32,000 nt of DNA from NCBI GenBank assembly GCA_949296965.1, contig CASFQL010000015.1, forward strand, positions 34,273 through 66,272. Reading direction: 5' to 3'. The position numbers were made by a program, and so were the translations under genes. This DNA is from an uncultured Christensenella sp. GTDB lineage: Bacteria; Bacillota; Clostridia; Christensenellales; UBA1242. Below the pieces are notes generated by a model that made no database searches, was not told where the DNA came from, and saw only the letters and a program-made list of their open reading frames with translations. This document shows positions 1 to 9,038 of the stretch, in pieces. The stretch's first letter is position 1, and each line of letters starts with the position of its first letter.

Positions 1-188
1 TATATCTCTAAATAATGTTTTCTATTTTTTTTATGTTTTTTTAAAATAAATTCTTACTAATATAACTATTGCATTGATTAATTATCCTTTCTAAAAATTT
101 GTTAATAATTAGAAAAAATGATTTAATTAGATTTATAATTAAAGTAGTTTTATTTGCATAAATTTTTTTTATATTTTATAATAAGAAT

Positions 189-632
189 ATGAAAGTTGTT
201 GAAATTTACACAGATGGAGCGTGTTCAGGTAATCCAGGTCCTGGTGGATATGCAGGAATTTTAAATTATAATAATAATGAGAAAATAATTTCAGGTGGAG
301 AAAATAACACAACGAATAATAGAATGGAACTTATGGCAGTAATAAAATCACTTGAAATTCTAAAAGAAATGTGTAATGTTAATTTGTATTCTGATTCCGC
401 ATATGTTTGCAATGCAATCAATGAAAATTGGACATTATCATGGCAACTGAATAATTGGAGAAATTCTAAAAATAAGGAAGTCTTAAACAAAGATTTATGG
501 TTAAGACTTATTGAATTGCTATCTTATCATAAAGTAAAATTCATTAAGGTAAAAGGTCATTCATCTAATGAGAAAAATAATAGATGCGATAGCATCGCAA
601 GAGATGAAATAAAAAAAATAATGGATAGTTAA
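189..632 (+). CDS. rnhA: Ribonuclease HI
   Basis: 147-aa ORF. 'VEIYTDGACSGNPGPGGYAGIL', 'NNRMELMAVIKSLE' and C-terminal 'KGHSSNEKNNRCDSIARDE' match the type 1 RNase H acidic catalytic core. Confidence 0.9.
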   Translation: MKVVEIYTDGACSGNPGPGGYAGILNYNNNEKIISGGENNTTNNRMELMAVIKSLEILKEMCNVNLYSDSAYVCNAINENWTLSWQLNNWRNSKNKEVLNKDLWLRLIELLSYHKVKFIKVKGHSSNEKNNRCDSIARDEIKKIMDS

Positions 633-640
633 GAAATAAA

Positions 641-670
641 AAAAGAGAGATTAAGTAATATCTCTCTTTT
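641..670. terminator. Bidirectional hairpin between convergent rnhA and ABC permease
   Basis: Perfect 11-bp stem aaaagagagat (641-651) / atctctctttt (660-670) with an 8-nt loop. A/T runs lie on both sides. It overlaps the permease stop codon. Confidence 0.5.
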
Positions 671-2396
671 TAAATGTTACATAGATAATTATATTTAACA
701 ACACTATCATTGTAACTATTATGCTTAATGTAATCCACAAATTTGTTCCGAGAAATACAGGGGAAACAAATAAACTATTTATTCCATTACTAGCAGAGTT
801 AATAAAACTACCACCAAAGAATTTAAAGAAGTCTATATTTGAGAAAGGATTAAACCTTAACCAATTAGCACCATTTGAAATAAAAGTAACTATCATATTT
901 ATCACATAAATACCAAGTGAAGTGCATACAGCAGCGACATATGACCTAAACAAAGTTGATAGTGCTATTGCTATTAAGGAATATATTAAAATTTTTATAA
1001 ATACGCTTGCAAGATAAATGATAAAAACAAGCCAATTAGGAATAGAGAAGGCATAACTAGCATTTATAATTACTAGCATATCAGTTGTCACAAAACCATA
1101 TATAATAGAGCCTACAATTAAAGATACAATCGTTGCAATTAAGGTGAATAGCCCTGTAATAAATAGGGTAGAATAGATTTTTGATTTCATTATTTTAGTT
1201 CTACTATATGGCCTGATGGCAAGTAGTTTAATAGTCCCTTCATTATATTCTTTTGCAATAGTCCCAGCCCCAATAATTACTGTAAAAGCAATAATCAATA
1301 AACTAATGATTTCAATTGAATAGTATGCATAATCAAATGCATTAGAAGAAGATGTTGTTGTATTTGCATTAAAAGAAAACATTCTTGCTAGTTCAGTGCT
1401 AATTATGTTATTTTCTAACAAATATTTACCTTCACATAAGTCTTCACTAATTTTATATGAATTAAAATCTTCAAAACCCATATAACAAGTCAATTCATTA
1501 TCACTATAATTTTTTGCTATCTCTAAATAAGAGGAATTTTCAATTATATTATATAAATTTATATTTGTTGATAAATACAAAAGTGATTTCTGTTTTATGT
1601 TTTCTCTGTTAACTTTACTTATATTAGCTTCTGTATTACTTTGAGCTTCAGAATATATGGTTAAAATCTCATTATAAAGTTCATCTAAAAATTCTTTTTT
1701 AAAATTAAGATTTTCAGTTAAAATTTTGTTTAAATTTTCACTTGAATATACATTATTTTGAATTTCATCTATATAACTTCTAATGTTATTTACACAAGCA
1801 AAATCATTTAAAGATTTGTCTAAATTGATATAATACTCAATATTTTTGTTCTCATTTGAACCATCAAGTAGGGTAGTGAAAAAATTAATTTCTATTTCAA
1901 GAGTGTAGAATAAATCTTCATTTAAAAGTATTAATGGAACAAAATAATCATTTGCATATGAGTTATACATTTTTTTTATATTATTTGCAAGTTCAATCAT
2001 TTTAAGTTGAAGTTGAAAACAACCATTTTCGCCTTCAATTTTATTTCTGCTTATTGCTAATGAAAAGTTAATTCTTGTTGTATACAATTCTTGTGCTAAT
2101 TGAGTAAGGTTTTGTTTGAAATCACCATTATTTTCAACAATCTCGTTTATATTATTTTGTAATTGATTTATTTTCGAGTCATAAATATCTTTTTGCTCTG
2201 TAAAAGAAGAATAAATATCAGTAACACTAGTTTCATTTATTGTAATAGTAGAAATTTCATCAACTCTAGGTGTAGGATTAAAAAAAGAAGGCAAAAGGGT
2301 AAGAGCTAAAATAAATAACCCTGTCATTATATAGATAGAAGGGCCTGAAAATATTTTTTTAATTTCTCCTTTAAAAAGTCTATTAATTTTACCCAT
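651..2396 (-). CDS. ABC-2 type transporter permease with large extracytoplasmic domain
   Basis: 581 aa. One N-terminal TM helix is followed by a ~330-aa hydrophilic N/E/K-rich region and a C-terminal cluster of about five hydrophobic helices. The start overlaps the stop of the upstream ABC ATPase by 8 bp. Confidence 0.75.
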   Translation of the reverse strand: MGKINRLFKGEIKKIFSGPSIYIMTGLFILALTLLPSFFNPTPRVDEISTITINETSVTDIYSSFTEQKDIYDSKINQLQNNINEIVENNGDFKQNLTQLAQELYTTRINFSLAISRNKIEGENGCFQLQLKMIELANNIKKMYNSYANDYFVPLILLNEDLFYTLEIEINFFTTLLDGSNENKNIEYYINLDKSLNDFACVNNIRSYIDEIQNNVYSSENLNKILTENLNFKKEFLDELYNEILTIYSEAQSNTEANISKVNRENIKQKSLLYLSTNINLYNIIENSSYLEIAKNYSDNELTCYMGFEDFNSYKISEDLCEGKYLLENNIISTELARMFSFNANTTTSSSNAFDYAYYSIEIISLLIIAFTVIIGAGTIAKEYNEGTIKLLAIRPYSRTKIMKSKIYSTLFITGLFTLIATIVSLIVGSIIYGFVTTDMLVIINASYAFSIPNWLVFIIYLASVFIKILIYSLIAIALSTLFRSYVAAVCTSLGIYVINMIVTFISNGANWLRFNPFSNIDFFKFFGGSFINSASNGINSLFVSPVFLGTNLWITLSIIVTMIVLLNIIIYVTFKKRDIT

Positions 2397-3336
2397 TTTT
2401 TGCTCCTTTTGGTGCTGGTAAACTTCTTTTGTTAATTGTATCTAAGAAAATGTCTTCTAACGATTTGTTTGATGACGATATTGAATAAATTAAAATCCCA
2501 TTTTGAACAAGTAATTGAGTAATCTCAGGTATAAGGGAAGTATCTAATTGAATATTTAAAGTATTTTTTTTAATTGACATTGATAAATTTTTATATTTTT
2601 CAAGCAAAATTTTGCCTGCATAGTTTGGGAAATTAACTTTTAATAAAATCTGTTGATTATTGTCATATTGTTTTAATTGGTCAATACTTCTTATTTGTTC
2701 TAAAATACCATTATTAATTATTCCAATAGTATCACAAATTAGTTCCATTTCTGGTAAATTATGACTACTTATAAAAATAGCAATTTTTTCTTTTATTGCA
2801 ATTTTTTTTAAAAATCTTCTTAGTTCAATAACTGCCTCAGGATCAAGCCCGTTTGTTGGTTCATCTAAAACTAATAGTTTTGGGCTATGAAGCAAAGCCT
2901 GAGCTATCCCAAGTCTTTGCTTCATACCTAGGGAATAAGTCTTTACTTTATCTTTAATTCTATCTTTAAGTCCAACTAATTCAACAATATTGTTTATTCT
3001 TTCTTTTGATATATTGTCATATAAACTAGCATAATACATAAGATTATCTAGCCCAGAAAAATTCTTATACATCTCAGGGATTTCAATAAACCCACCAACA
3101 TTAATAATTGCTTTTTCAAAATTAGTTTTTATTGAATTATTACAAATAAAAACTTCGCCAGATGTTATACTTGCTAGTCCAGTTATCATTTTCATTGTAG
3201 TTGATTTTCCAGCACCATTTGCACCTAAGAAACCAAAAATTTCACCCTCAAATACATCAAGGGTGAGATTATTAACTACAACTCGTTCGTTGTATTTTTT
3301 TGTTAAGTTTCTTATCTTTAAAATAGCACTACCCAA
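2389..3336 (-). CDS. ABC transporter ATP-binding protein
   Basis: Walker A 'GANGAGKST', signature-like 'YSLGMKQRLGIA', Walker B 'LLVLDEPTNGLD' and H-loop 'SSHNL'. The first codon is TTG, preceded by ggaga. Confidence 0.9.
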   Translation of the reverse strand: MGSAILKIRNLTKKYNERVVVNNLTLDVFEGEIFGFLGANGAGKSTTMKMITGLASITSGEVFICNNSIKTNFEKAIINVGGFIEIPEMYKNFSGLDNLMYYASLYDNISKERINNIVELVGLKDRIKDKVKTYSLGMKQRLGIAQALLHSPKLLVLDEPTNGLDPEAVIELRRFLKKIAIKEKIAIFISSHNLPEMELICDTIGIINNGILEQIRSIDQLKQYDNNQQILLKVNFPNYAGKILLEKYKNLSMSIKKNTLNIQLDTSLIPEITQLLVQNGILIYSISSSNKSLEDIFLDTINKRSLPAPKGAKNG

Positions 3337-3443
3337 AATTTTTCTCCAATGTTTTTTATTTTTATATGACTATTATATATATTTTTGTATCTTTATTATA
3401 TATTATTTTAATCTAAAAAACAATAGATATTACTAATTCTTAC

Positions 3444-5267
3444 TTATCTATTAAATTTCTTAGATTTAAGAAGTGCGAAATAAATTATTGAATAAACAAT
3501 GATATTTGAACATACTAAAAGGGGAATTGCCCAATAATTTATAAACTCAATTTGAAGAAGACTTTGCATACCAAACATTAAGCATATAGCAAAAATCAAT
3601 ATTGAAAAAAAGATAAAAAATAAAATTTCCTTAATAATAGTGTTTTTGTAATTCTTTTTTAATATTAACAATTTAAACCTATCAAATATATTTTCAAGTG
3701 TGGATATTGAAAATAAACTTAAAATAATTATGCCAGCAATAAAATACATTATTTTCCCAAACTCAATACCATTGTATTTTTTAACTATAAAAAATAATGA
3801 AGTTATTTCACAAATCATTATCAGACATACAATCCAAGATGTAACCATATTAAGTTTATTTACGTCAGTATATTGTTTTGTTGTCTTAGACATATTGTCT
3901 TTATTATGACATTTTATGAAAAAACCGTGTTCTTTATAATAATTATTTAGTATTTCTAAATCATTATTTTTATTTTCTTTTAAATTCTCACTAACATAAT
4001 TATTTATCTCACTTTCCTTTTTAATGTTATTTTTTTTATTTATAACCGTTGAGGAAGGGAAGAGTTCCTTAAATGTTTTATATTTATTTTTTTCATAAGG
4101 ATCTTGTAGTTTAGAATCATTGTAAAGTTTACTAATCACATTTTTATAATCAATTGAATTAAAATGTTCTGGATAATCTGTTGTTTTAGGTGTAGTTTTA
4201 GTATTTTCTGAGCCAAAATCATTTAGTTTATTTAATTGATTATTTAGGTAATTAGAAGTGTTAATAACATTAAGATTAGTCGAATCGTCTATAGTTTCTT
4301 TATCTTTATGATTTGTCATATCATCTATTTCATTTAACAAATTAGTTTCATTTGACTGTGAATCATTATTTAGAGTGCTAAAAGTAAAGGAAGTTGGAGT
4401 TTGTTTTATTTGTGTAAAATTAAAATATGTAGTTTCATTTAAATTATTATTTTGTTTATTTTCTTTATCTTCTTTTATTTCATGTGTTAAAGATGAATTT
4501 AACATAGAAGTAGATAGGAAAGAATTGGGGAAATCTTTAATGATTTCATTTGTTTGAGTTTGTGGTATTTCTAATTTTTCATTATAAAAAACTTCATCAA
4601 TTGATTTGTGTGTTTTTTTTGTATCTTTAAAAACATCCTCTCTCTTTATTGGTTCTATATACATATCTTTATTATTAAGCCCAGCATATTTATTAGTATA
4701 AGCTTGTATTTTTTCGCTATGCTTTGAGTCTTCTTTTATAAATTTTACATTTTCATTAAATAAATCAAACTGGAAAAAAGATTTATTTTTTTCTTCTTGA
4801 TTTTCATTTTCGTTTATGAGTTTGACATTTTCTTTTCTTCTTGCCAAATTAAACAAATTTTCTTGATTTAAAACATAAGTTGTTTGTGAAGAAGATGATG
4901 ATTCTTCATTATTTTTATTATCTAACATATCGTTAGAAAATTCATTTAATGGTAAATTTTTGATTAAATCTTCCATTTTGACATTTTCACAATTCTCTTT
5001 GTAATATTCTCGTCCTTCGTCTGTTAATGTATAATAATGTCTTTTACCACCCAATTCGCTATCTGTCCAATATGAGCTAATAAGACCTTGCTCTTCCATT
5101 CTTCTCAAACTACTATATAAACTAGGCTGTTTTAGTAGTAATACGCCAGACGATAATCTTTCTATTTCTTTACAAATTTCATATCCATATTTACTACCAC
5201 TGCTTAGGGCAGTCAATATTATTTGAATAATACTTCCTCTTGTAGCTTTATTTTCATTATCAAACAT
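3444..5267 (-). CDS. PadR-family winged-helix regulator fused to a long low-complexity linker and a C-terminal 4-TM domain
   Basis: The N-terminus 'GSKYGYEICKEIERLSSGVLLLKQPSLYSSLRRMEEQGLISSYWTDSELGGKRHYYTLTDEGREYY' is a typical PadR wHTH. Residues ~100-470 are N/K/E/S/T-rich. The last ~130 aa hold four hydrophobic helices. Confidence 0.75.
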   Translation of the reverse strand: MFDNENKATRGSIIQIILTALSSGSKYGYEICKEIERLSSGVLLLKQPSLYSSLRRMEEQGLISSYWTDSELGGKRHYYTLTDEGREYYKENCENVKMEDLIKNLPLNEFSNDMLDNKNNEESSSSSQTTYVLNQENLFNLARRKENVKLINENENQEEKNKSFFQFDLFNENVKFIKEDSKHSEKIQAYTNKYAGLNNKDMYIEPIKREDVFKDTKKTHKSIDEVFYNEKLEIPQTQTNEIIKDFPNSFLSTSMLNSSLTHEIKEDKENKQNNNLNETTYFNFTQIKQTPTSFTFSTLNNDSQSNETNLLNEIDDMTNHKDKETIDDSTNLNVINTSNYLNNQLNKLNDFGSENTKTTPKTTDYPEHFNSIDYKNVISKLYNDSKLQDPYEKNKYKTFKELFPSSTVINKKNNIKKESEINNYVSENLKENKNNDLEILNNYYKEHGFFIKCHNKDNMSKTTKQYTDVNKLNMVTSWIVCLIMICEITSLFFIVKKYNGIEFGKIMYFIAGIIILSLFSISTLENIFDRFKLLILKKNYKNTIIKEILFFIFFSILIFAICLMFGMQSLLQIEFINYWAIPLLVCSNIIVYSIIYFALLKSKKFNR

Positions 5268-5456
5268 ATAAAAATTCTCTCTTACATAGAAATTTATATA
5301 AAATTATGCAAGTAGATAAAAAATTTGTATAAACAACCTAAATCTTATATATAATTATATATTACAAAATAGAATTTTTTTAGTCAATAAAATTAATATT
5401 TAATTATTTTTTTTAAGAAAAATTTGTGATAAAATATAAAAATAAAAGGGGTTAGT

Positions 5457-6131
5457 ATGTTAGAACAGGCAAGTATAATAAGGGAAGATAGAAAGAATAT
5501 TAGAATAACTGTTAGTAGAGAAGGGAATATAATAGTTTATTGTCCTTTTGGTCTTGCTTATCAAAAAATAGAAGAAATTTTAAAATCAAAACAGAAAGTC
5601 CTTGAAAGACATTCAAATAAAGTAAAAAAAATTAATTCAAAATTTTCTAAAATAATTAACTATGAAAATATGCTTTTATTTGGTAAAGAATATCTTATTG
5701 TCCCAACAACAAAAGTTTCTAAACCTTGCTTTACAGATGAATACTTTTTAATTCCAAAGAAATATTTTGAAACAAATAAAACTATTTTTTATATAAAAAA
5801 AGTTGTAAAAGAGATTGCAGAAAGGGTAATATCAAAACGAGTTAAGGATATCCTTCAAAATTATAAAAAATTTGAAGTAAATAAATTAGTTATTGGTTCG
5901 TTTAAATCAAAATGGGGAAGTTGTGATAATTATGGCGTGATAAAATTAAATTGGAAACTTGCGATGTTAGATGCTAAGTTAATTGATTTCGTTATATATC
6001 ATGAACTAACACACCTTATAGAATTAAATCATTCAAAAAAATTTTATAGTGAATTATCTAAAATTTGTCCAAATTGTAAGGAAAGTAGAGAAGAGTTAAA
6101 AAATTACTCATTCTTATTATCATTATATTAA
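5457..6131 (+). CDS. YgjP-like metal-dependent hydrolase (DUF45 / M48-like)
   Basis: 'KWGSCDNYGVIKLNWKLAMLDAKLIDFVIYHELTHLIELNHSKKFYSEL' carries the WGSC...HELxH...NHS signature of the family. A good RBS (aaaagggg) precedes the ATG. Confidence 0.8.
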   Translation: MLEQASIIREDRKNIRITVSREGNIIVYCPFGLAYQKIEEILKSKQKVLERHSNKVKKINSKFSKIINYENMLLFGKEYLIVPTTKVSKPCFTDEYFLIPKKYFETNKTIFYIKKVVKEIAERVISKRVKDILQNYKKFEVNKLVIGSFKSKWGSCDNYGVIKLNWKLAMLDAKLIDFVIYHELTHLIELNHSKKFYSELSKICPNCKESREELKNYSFLLSLY

Positions 6132-6542
6132 ATTTTAAATAATTTTCTAATTACAAATATTTATTAAATTATTCGTAAAATACAGGTTTTGCGAATAAAT
6201 ATGTTAAAATCTGAACAAAAAATAAATAAAATGTGATTTTTTATATTATTAAATTTAATAAACAGAAATTAATCAATTAAATTTAAAAATTTTTACATTA
6301 AATTTCCTGTAATTTTTTTTATTGTAAATTCTCACTTATTTCCTATTATTTTTTATGGATTTGGTGTTGTGAGACAGAAAATTTACTTTTATATGATATT
6401 CCAATCATATAAATTTTTTATAGTATATTAACATAATTATTTTCTATTCTAAACTCTTTAAATATATTAATTTTTTATAATATAAACTTTTATATCTAAA
6501 TTATTGAATAGTTTTATTAGTTATAAATAATATTATATAATA

Positions 6543-6700
6543 AGTTTGCATAGTACTTAAATAAATTTTATATTCTTTTAGTTTTATAAGTTTGCATAGT
6601 ACTTAAATGATTTATATTCTTTTATTTTTATAGTTTGCATAGTAGTTTTTTAAATTTTAGATTTTGAATTTTAGTTTAGCCTTTTTAGTTTGCATAGCAC
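6543..6700. repeat. Tandem array of four ~45-bp units sharing the core AGTTTGCATAG(T/C)A
   Basis: Cores start at 6543, 6589, 6632 and 6687 (spacing 46, 43 and 55 bp). Units 1 and 2 are near-identical over ~40 nt, and units 3 and 4 keep only the 13-nt core. The array lies in an ORF-free gap just 3' of the 6725-7630 gene. Confidence 0.6.
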
Positions 6701-6724
6701 CAGTTAATACATTTAAAAGTAAAA

Positions 6725-7630
6725 TCATATTACCTTTTGAAGTAGTGATAAAAAATTCTTTATTGAAAAATAATCAATTTTTGCTAATGAAAATGTATTA
6801 TAATTTGAATTATCAAATGATTTAAAATTTAAAATATTACAATTATATAAATAATTTATAGATTTGAAAAAATCATTTGTAATATCTTCATCTTTAATCA
6901 ATTCATTTGGTATATTATAAACTAGAAGTTCTATAAAATATTTATTTAATTTTGAATTTGATGTCATTTTATTGATAAGTAAAGTTTTTCTAATATTTTT
7001 AAATATTCTTACTAACTTTTTATAATTCCCATTTGTTTGTTTATCTTTTAAATTCATATTTTCATTATATAAAAACAAATTTACTTTTTTTGTTAATTTC
7101 TTTATAGGGTTCCAAAATTCTAAAATAGCATCTTTATCTTCTTCATCATAAGTGCAAAATCTAATTAAGACTTTAAATCCATATTCTTTATAACAAAAAA
7201 CCTTCAATCCTTCTTCTGTTAATAAAAAAAATGTTTTTTCTGTAAAATACTGAATTAAAATTTCTAAAAATTTTTCTATAAAGCCGTCAAAGGTACCAGC
7301 ATTTGAAATAATTTCTTTTTTATTTTGTTTTTTTAAATTAAGTTTATCTAAATAAAGCCTATTATTTAAAATGAGCTGTGGATTACAAGAAGCAAAAACA
7401 ATTTCTAGTTCTCCAGAATCATCTATAAAGGTATCATTAGTGTAATCTCCCATAGGAAATATTTTTAAAGTATATTCATCTATATTGCTAAGATTTCCAA
7501 ACGATTGATAAAAATCATCAAGCGAATGATGAAGAATTGACAAAATTTTATTATAAAATTCTTGGACTTTTTCTTTACTAACTTTTTGTGAAAATTTTTT
7601 AATTTGCTCTTTACTTAGAAGACTTGCCAT
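6725..7630 (-). CDS. Uncharacterised protein, possible Pol-beta-fold nucleotidyltransferase (SMODS/CD-NTase-like layout)
   Basis: 301 aa with RBS gaggt, starting 15 bp after the serS stop. 'KIFPMGDYTNDTFIDDSGELEIVFA' fits hG[GS]x9-13[DE]h[DE]h loosely (GD and ExE instead of GS and DxD). 'KKLVRIFKNIRK...LNKYFIELLVYNIP' resembles the helix region conserved in CD-NTase/OAS-like enzymes. The assignment is by eye only. Confidence 0.4.
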   Translation of the reverse strand: MASLLSKEQIKKFSQKVSKEKVQEFYNKILSILHHSLDDFYQSFGNLSNIDEYTLKIFPMGDYTNDTFIDDSGELEIVFASCNPQLILNNRLYLDKLNLKKQNKKEIISNAGTFDGFIEKFLEILIQYFTEKTFFLLTEEGLKVFCYKEYGFKVLIRFCTYDEEDKDAILEFWNPIKKLTKKVNLFLYNENMNLKDKQTNGNYKKLVRIFKNIRKTLLINKMTSNSKLNKYFIELLVYNIPNELIKDEDITNDFFKSINYLYNCNILNFKSFDNSNYNTFSLAKIDYFSIKNFLSLLQKVI

Positions 7631-7645
7631 CTTACCTCACATTTA

Positions 7646-8923
7646 TTATTTTTTTTGAATTTTATCAATACCCATATATTTTCTTAAAACTTCTGGTATT
7701 GTAACACTACCATCATTGTTTTGAAATTGTTCCACAATAGCTGGGATTAACCTAGATGTTGCTAATCCACTCGCATTTAGTGTATGAATAAATTCAAGTT
7801 TCTTTGTATTGCTATTTCTATATTTTGTATTAGTCCTTCTTGCTTGGTAATCTCCACAATTAGAGGCAGAAGATACTTCCTTATATATCTCCATACTTGG
7901 AATCCATACTTCGACATCATAGGTTCTTCTCATTGATGCAGAACAGTCTCCTGCGGCTAATTTTGAAACTTGATAATGTAATCCTAATTTTTTTACTAAA
8001 TTTTCGGCTTTATTTACTAATTCGTCAAAGGCTTTTGAGCTATTTTCAGGTGTTGTATATTGGACCATTTCAACTTTATTGAATTGATGGCCCCTAATCA
8101 TTCCTCTTTCCTCTTGTCTATAACTTCCTGCTTCCCTTCTATAACAAGGAGTATAAGCAAAAAATTTCATAGGCAAATTTTCCTCCGGTATAATTTCACC
8201 TCTATATAGATTAACTAATGCGGTTTCGGCAGTTGGTAAAAGAAATTTTGACTTTTCATCTTTACTATCTATCCAATAAACTTCATCTGTGAATTTTGGG
8301 AATTGTCCAGCACCAAATCCACATTCATAATTTAACATATGAGGAGGTAAAATAAATTCGTAACCGTCCGTAAGGTGTTCTTCAACAAAGTAATTAAGCA
8401 AAGCCCATTCTAATCTTGCTCCTAATCCTCTATAAACCCATGCCCCATTTCCACTAAGCTTTGCACCCCTTTCATAATCAATCAAACCTAAATCGGAACA
8501 CAAATCAACATGGTTTTTAATTTTAAAATCAAATTCAGGCTTTTTATTTCCTTGTCTTAAAACTTGATTATTTTCTTTTCCGCCAGGCAGTAAATCTTCG
8601 TCTGGTAAATTAGGTAAAATAGCGATAAAATCAAATATTTTCTTTTCTACAATATATAATTTCTCATCTAATTCACTGATTTTAGTATTGAGTTCTTTCA
8701 TCTCATCAAAAATTACAGAAACATCTTTCCCCTGTTTTTTAAGCAAAGGAATTTCTGCACTTACTTTATTTTTTTTAGCCTTTAATTCTTCAACTTCTTT
8801 TATAAAATTTCTTCTTTGATTATCCCATAATAAAAGTTCAGAAAAATCGACCTTATACCCTTTTTTTAATAATAATTCTTCAACCTTTTTTGTTTCATTT
8901 TTAATTAGTTCAATAGAAATCAT
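7646..8923 (-). CDS. serS: Seryl-tRNA synthetase
   Basis: 425 aa with an N-terminal coiled-coil arm. Class II motifs are 'FAYTPCYRREAGS', 'RGMIRGHQFNKVEM' and 'ASNCGDYQARR...LNASGLATSR'. Confidence 0.95.
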   Translation of the reverse strand: MISIELIKNETKKVEELLLKKGYKVDFSELLLWDNQRRNFIKEVEELKAKKNKVSAEIPLLKKQGKDVSVIFDEMKELNTKISELDEKLYIVEKKIFDFIAILPNLPDEDLLPGGKENNQVLRQGNKKPEFDFKIKNHVDLCSDLGLIDYERGAKLSGNGAWVYRGLGARLEWALLNYFVEEHLTDGYEFILPPHMLNYECGFGAGQFPKFTDEVYWIDSKDEKSKFLLPTAETALVNLYRGEIIPEENLPMKFFAYTPCYRREAGSYRQEERGMIRGHQFNKVEMVQYTTPENSSKAFDELVNKAENLVKKLGLHYQVSKLAAGDCSASMRRTYDVEVWIPSMEIYKEVSSASNCGDYQARRTNTKYRNSNTKKLEFIHTLNASGLATSRLIPAIVEQFQNNDGSVTIPEVLRKYMGIDKIQKK

Positions 8924-8979
8924 TTATAATTATCTCCTAAATTAACAAAATATATTATAGTAATATTGCTACTTTTAGT

Positions 8980-8991
8980 CAACTTATGTTC
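8980..8991. promoter_or_regulatory. LexA (Cheo) box-like site upstream of the recombinase gene
   Basis: CAACTTATGTTC matches GAAC-N4-GTTC with one mismatch. It lies 48 bp upstream of the 9039 ATG, in the serS/recombinase divergent region. Confidence 0.3.
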
Positions 8992-9038
8992 TACATTTTT
9001 ATTTTACATTTTCAAATAATGTTGTTAAAATAATTTAT

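Noticed and set aside
5347-5362. Perfect 16-bp palindrome ATATATAATTATATAT as a PadR operator in the divergent promoter region
   Set aside because: (TA)n-type palindromes arise by chance at high frequency in DNA this AT-rich, and there is no second copy or ATGT/ACAT-type PadR half-site.
6543-6700. CRISPR array interpretation of the tandem repeats
   Set aside because: There are only four copies. The repeat and spacer parts are not distinct, since the whole unit is repeated in copies 1-2 and decays in copies 3-4. The period is irregular and no cas genes are present.
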